Virus record (IMG/VR): IMGVR_UViG_3300032219_001923
Span: 1 to 27,597 of that record
Origin: a virus
Taxonomy: Duplodnaviria > Caudoviricetes
Length of the DNA: 27,597 bases
Reading direction: 5' to 3' (one strand)
Shown: piece after piece, positions 23,995-27,597 of the stretch
How positions within the stretch are numbered: position 1 is the stretch's first letter
Layout of the letters: every line of letters begins with the position of its first letter
Translations under genes and position numbers: made by a program
The notes under the pieces: model-generated
What the model was told of the DNA's origin: nothing
Databases searched by the model: none
The model's input: only the letters and a program-made list of their open reading frames with translations

Positions 23995-25768
23995 CGCTCG
24001 CCTCCACCTCGACGGTCTCCTCCTCCTCGCCGGGGAGCTCGACCATCGCCTCGACGTCCTCGCCCGTGAGGTAGCCCTTCGCTTCCGCGAGGCTCTCGAG
24101 CACTGCACGGAGGACCTCGCGCGAGGCCGCGTCGCGCGTCGAGGAGGCCAGCGCCTGGAGGGCAGCGGTCGCCGCGTCGAGCTCCTCGATGGCCTCCATC
24201 GCGCCCACCGACTCGGACTCGGTTACCACGGGCGCGGGCGACGGCGTCTGCTCCATGCTCATGGTTGCTGCTCCGGTGGACGTCGTCGCCTTCATCGTTT
24301 CAATCATCGCGAGCTTCGCGATGGCGTCAGGCTCGGACAGGTTGCCGAAGAGACGGAGCGCCTCGACGCGGTCCATCAGACCCGCCTCGAGCATCTCCAT
24401 CGCGTGCTTCCGGCGCGCGTCAAGCTCCTCGGGCGAGAGGGGGACCTCGCGGTACAGGACCGAGTAGCCGCCCTCGGGGAACGCGGAGCCCGTGGCGCGG
24501 TTGTAGAGGATCGCCGACTTGGCGACCAGCTCCTCGTCGGTCGCGCGGAACTGCACGACGTAGCGGCGTTGTGCCTGCCGCTTACCTTCATTCGATAGAC
24601 TGATAGCGTACCCGCTCTTCGCACTGCCCGACGTGCGCTGGATGTCCGTCTGCGAGAGGCCAGCGTCGGTCGCCAAGCGGTGGGCGATGGAGCTGATAGT
24701 GCTTTCGAGGGTGGCGACGTCCGCCCCTGCCTGGAACTGTCCGACAGTCGGTTGACTTTCGGTGGCGGCGTCCAGCATGAGGATCGTCGTCGGGTCGGTG
24801 ACGACCTCGACGCGCGCGCCTCGCGTCAGCCCGTCGGTCATCTCAGTGCCGGCAACTCGGACGCCGATGGCGTATCGCTGGGGGAAGGACGCGTCGCGGA
24901 GGCAGTGCGCCAGGAACGAGTAGTAAACCGAGAGCGACAGGCTCCCTTCGTAGAGCTCGACACCGAAGTACGGGTCGAAGATCCGATCCCCATACTGACT
25001 CGCGTGGTAGAGCACGCCCGGCAGGATGGGCGCGTCGTTGGACGTCCGACGGTACGGGTAGTTCGCCCCCGACCATTCAGGGTCCGCAGGGTTCTTCTTC
25101 CCGTCGTTGACCCCGAGGACCTGGACGGTCACGTCCTCGCCGAACCCGCCGCCCCCGCCCACCTTGCGGACCTCATAGCGGGGGAAGGCGGGGTCGCGGA
25201 TGTCGAGCACATCCCACGCCCACACGGCCTCGCCGTCGATGTTCCGGAGGCGGATCTCGGCGACCGCCAGGGGAATCGTCGGACGCTGCGGGTCGGCCTC
25301 GGCGACGATCATGTCCGGCGAGACGGGACGGTACGTGAGGCGACCGTCGACCACGTCGATGCGGAGCCACATCTCCCGCAGCGCGATGGTCATCGCCTGC
25401 ATGCGGGGCATCTGCGACCAGAGGCCCGACTTCGCGATGAGCCCCTCGCCGCCGATAAGCGCGTCCGCGGAGGACGTGCCGCCGTTCCGCTGCGCCGCCG
25501 TCTCAGCCGCGTGGTGGTGCACGTCCGGGGCGTCGAGATAGAGCGAGGCTAGCTCATAGGCGATAACCCTAAAGGGGTTAGCGCTTAGGTCTGGGATGCC
25601 CCAGGCTTGCCGACGCGTGCTCCCGAGTTGCTCCTGTAGACGGTCCTCGAGGAGGCGCTGCCACGTCCCCTCCATGAGCGCGCGACGATGCCGCGTGTGC
25701 TCCCAGCGCGCGGCCTCTTCGGGGTTGCTCGGGGCAGGAGGAGCGGGCATGCGAGAGAAGGCGTACAT
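23978..25768 (-). CDS. Portal protein
   Basis: 596 aa directly after terL. SAKSGYAISL motif followed by a helical region as in SPP1-like portals. Acidic C-terminal extension. Confidence 0.85.
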   Translation of the reverse strand: MYAFSRMPAPPAPSNPEEAARWEHTRHRRALMEGTWQRLLEDRLQEQLGSTRRQAWGIPDLSANPFRVIAYELASLYLDAPDVHHHAAETAAQRNGGTSSADALIGGEGLIAKSGLWSQMPRMQAMTIALREMWLRIDVVDGRLTYRPVSPDMIVAEADPQRPTIPLAVAEIRLRNIDGEAVWAWDVLDIRDPAFPRYEVRKVGGGGGFGEDVTVQVLGVNDGKKNPADPEWSGANYPYRRTSNDAPILPGVLYHASQYGDRIFDPYFGVELYEGSLSLSVYYSFLAHCLRDASFPQRYAIGVRVAGTEMTDGLTRGARVEVVTDPTTILMLDAATESQPTVGQFQAGADVATLESTISSIAHRLATDAGLSQTDIQRTSGSAKSGYAISLSNEGKRQAQRRYVVQFRATDEELVAKSAILYNRATGSAFPEGGYSVLYREVPLSPEELDARRKHAMEMLEAGLMDRVEALRLFGNLSEPDAIAKLAMIETMKATTSTGAATMSMEQTPSPAPVVTESESVGAMEAIEELDAATAALQALASSTRDAASREVLRAVLESLAEAKGYLTGEDVEAMVELPGEEEETVEVEASDAISE

Positions 25769-25789
25769 CGGTGTCCCCTACTGGAGCGA

Positions 25790-27184
25790 CTAACCTAGCC
25801 GCACCACAGTGGGATTGTGGAGGCGCTTCGTGATGAGCTCGAGCGTGTAGCGCAGCGCGTCGATGGAGTGTTTGTGCTCGCTGGCCTCGCGACCGTCCCA
25901 TCGCTGGAGGTCATCGGCAAGCCGCTTGCACCGGGGATGGACGAAGAAGTCCCCCCTCAGCATGGCCGCGGACAGGATGCGGATGCCCTCAAACACAGAA
26001 CCGGCGGGCTTGTAGGCGGTCTTGATCCGGAAAGGAAGCGACCCGGTCGGAAGACGTAGCGCACGCTCCATCGCCGACATCAGCATCGCGTTTGACTTCA
26101 GCGACCCGTTCTTCCGACCATAGACGCGGCGGTCGCCCACCCACAGGTCAACCGATGACCAATCAAGGCCCGCGCGTCGAAGCATGTCGAGCAGCATGCG
26201 CGCGTCCTGGTCAGGCGTCGTCTGCCCATCGGTCTGCACCTGGTCGAGCACCCAGAAGCGGGGATGCTGCTCGCCCGCGTCGCGGACCATCGCGACGAGC
26301 ACGCCGACCTGCGCGCCCACCTCGGTCCCGTGGTCGATGCCCACGCCGATAAGGGCCTCGCCGACAGGGACCTCCGGCTTCACATGGCGAGCCGGGTCGA
26401 ACATCCGGAAGACCCGGCCCTCCGTCCACAGGCTCTCCCAATCGCCGAAGACGCGTTGCGCCCGCTGCTGGGGGAGCACCGACTCGCTGAATGCCTCGAT
26501 CTGCTCGGCAGTCATCAACGGACGCGACCCGATGGGCGTGGTGTTCTCGACGGTCAAGGGGAAGACGAAGTCTTTGACCCGTCCGTCCTCGACCAGCTTC
26601 CGGAGCCAGCCCAGGGGAGCTCCGACCGGGGTCAGCGTGAAGATGATGCGCCCGTGGTTGCGGAGCACGCGGGGGACGATCTCGTTGTAGATCTCTTCGG
26701 GGGGTGGTTCATCCATCATGCAGTAATCTATGGTTGAGCCGGCTAGAGCGAGAGACCCTTGGTTGGAGGTACGGACGCGGATGATGCTTCCGTTCCGGAA
26801 GCGCACCAGGGGGTGACGGCCTTTGAAGCCCTTCCCTACGATGTAGATAGTGTCTTCAGCGAGGTCCCCCTTGGGGAGTAGCGCCCATAGCTTCGACTGC
26901 ACCGAGAGCGACGACTCCCAGCTCTCCACGATGATCCACGCCTCAATCGGAGCGGGGCGCACGGGCTGGTAGGGGTGCCCGCCCAAGCACCGGTAGATGC
27001 AGTCGACCAGACCCATCGTGGTCTTCCCGACTTGGTTCCCAGCACGCGCGAGGCGCATGTGCGACGGGTCCCGGAGGAACTCGAGCTGCGGCGCCGTCGG
27101 GGTCCAATAGGCGAGGGGGTCTGCGACCGTGCGCCTGTGGAGCTGGTCGACGGCCTTCGCGAGGTTGGCGAGGCCAGCGCTCAA
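25790..27184 (-). CDS. terL: Terminase large subunit
   Basis: Walker A AGNQVGKT, Walker B YCMMDEPP, coupling motif FTLTP, nuclease motifs GVGIDHG and HSIDALRY. Confidence 0.95.
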   Translation of the reverse strand: MSAGLANLAKAVDQLHRRTVADPLAYWTPTAPQLEFLRDPSHMRLARAGNQVGKTTMGLVDCIYRCLGGHPYQPVRPAPIEAWIIVESWESSLSVQSKLWALLPKGDLAEDTIYIVGKGFKGRHPLVRFRNGSIIRVRTSNQGSLALAGSTIDYCMMDEPPPEEIYNEIVPRVLRNHGRIIFTLTPVGAPLGWLRKLVEDGRVKDFVFPLTVENTTPIGSRPLMTAEQIEAFSESVLPQQRAQRVFGDWESLWTEGRVFRMFDPARHVKPEVPVGEALIGVGIDHGTEVGAQVGVLVAMVRDAGEQHPRFWVLDQVQTDGQTTPDQDARMLLDMLRRAGLDWSSVDLWVGDRRVYGRKNGSLKSNAMLMSAMERALRLPTGSLPFRIKTAYKPAGSVFEGIRILSAAMLRGDFFVHPRCKRLADDLQRWDGREASEHKHSIDALRYTLELITKRLHNPTVVRLG

Positions 27185-27537
27185 GAGACCTGCACGAGGC
27201 GTGGCCCGCGGCGCTTCATCTCGACGGCCTCTTCGACCTGGTCGAGGAGCGAAGGCGGGAGCTGAGCGATGGCCGAGGTGATGATGCCCACCAGCTGGAC
27301 GTCGCTCATGCTCTCGTCGGGCGCGGCCTCCTTGGCCACGGCCACGTCGAGGGCCTCGCGCGCCTGGAGGGCCCGCAGCTTCAGCGAGCCGACGGCTTGC
27401 CAGCTACGCGACTCCGTCGCGCCGAGCACGGCTTGCTCGAGCTGCTCGACCGAGGCACGCAGGTATTCGACCGTGGAACACGTGGTCGCGTCCTTCGGGC
27501 TCAGGATCGTGGTCTTGGTTGCTGCGCGGGTTCGCAT
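27181..27537 (-). CDS. terS: Putative terminase small subunit
   Basis: 118-aa helical protein overlapping the terL start (TTGA). GGAG SD before ATG 27537. Assigned by position only. Confidence 0.55.
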   Translation of the reverse strand: MRTRAATKTTILSPKDATTCSTVEYLRASVEQLEQAVLGATESRSWQAVGSLKLRALQAREALDVAVAKEAAPDESMSDVQLVGIITSAIAQLPPSLLDQVEEAVEMKRRGPRLVQVS

Positions 27538-27597
27538 GGTGCTCCGATTTGACTTCAAGTCTACGGGGGGGCGGGAGAAAGTCGAGAAGCTAACGCG

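Noticed and set aside
1-27597. Stop-codon reassignment, tRNA genes, introns or inteins
   Set aside because: Genes tile tightly under the standard code with TAG, TGA and TAA all used as stops. Intergenic gaps show no tRNA-like sequence, and terL and capsid lengths are ordinary.

Overview
This window is about 27.6 kb of a high-GC (roughly 65-70% by eye) tailed dsDNA phage with a siphovirus-like layout. No integrase, att site, host gene, tRNA, rRNA or CRISPR array is visible, so lytic versus prophage status cannot be decided. The minus strand from 27.5 kb to 6.2 kb carries a continuous late region. In order it encodes terS, terL, portal, an unknown head protein, scaffold, major capsid, head-tail and tail completion proteins, and the tail tube. 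Next come a tail assembly chaperone with a G GGT TTT -1 frameshift, a gp10-like gene, the tape measure, a 1086-aa Asp-box tail-tip protein, a tail hub and fibre-like genes. It ends with a lysis cassette (M15A endolysin) and two trailing genes. A short plus-strand operon (4.5-6.2 kb) encodes an ERF annealing protein and a Gp157-like protein. It diverges from a minus-strand early operon: XRE HTH, RusA, small coupled ORFs, two triple-HTH proteins and a Prim-Pol gene cut by the window edge (missed by the ORF track). The most unusual signals are non-coding. Two structured intergenic regions (817-1063 and 6745-6897) have mutually exclusive helices that touch the downstream ribosome-binding site, and a palindrome-rich divergent switch lies at 4487-4540. 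All family assignments come from motif recognition and synteny, not from database searches.
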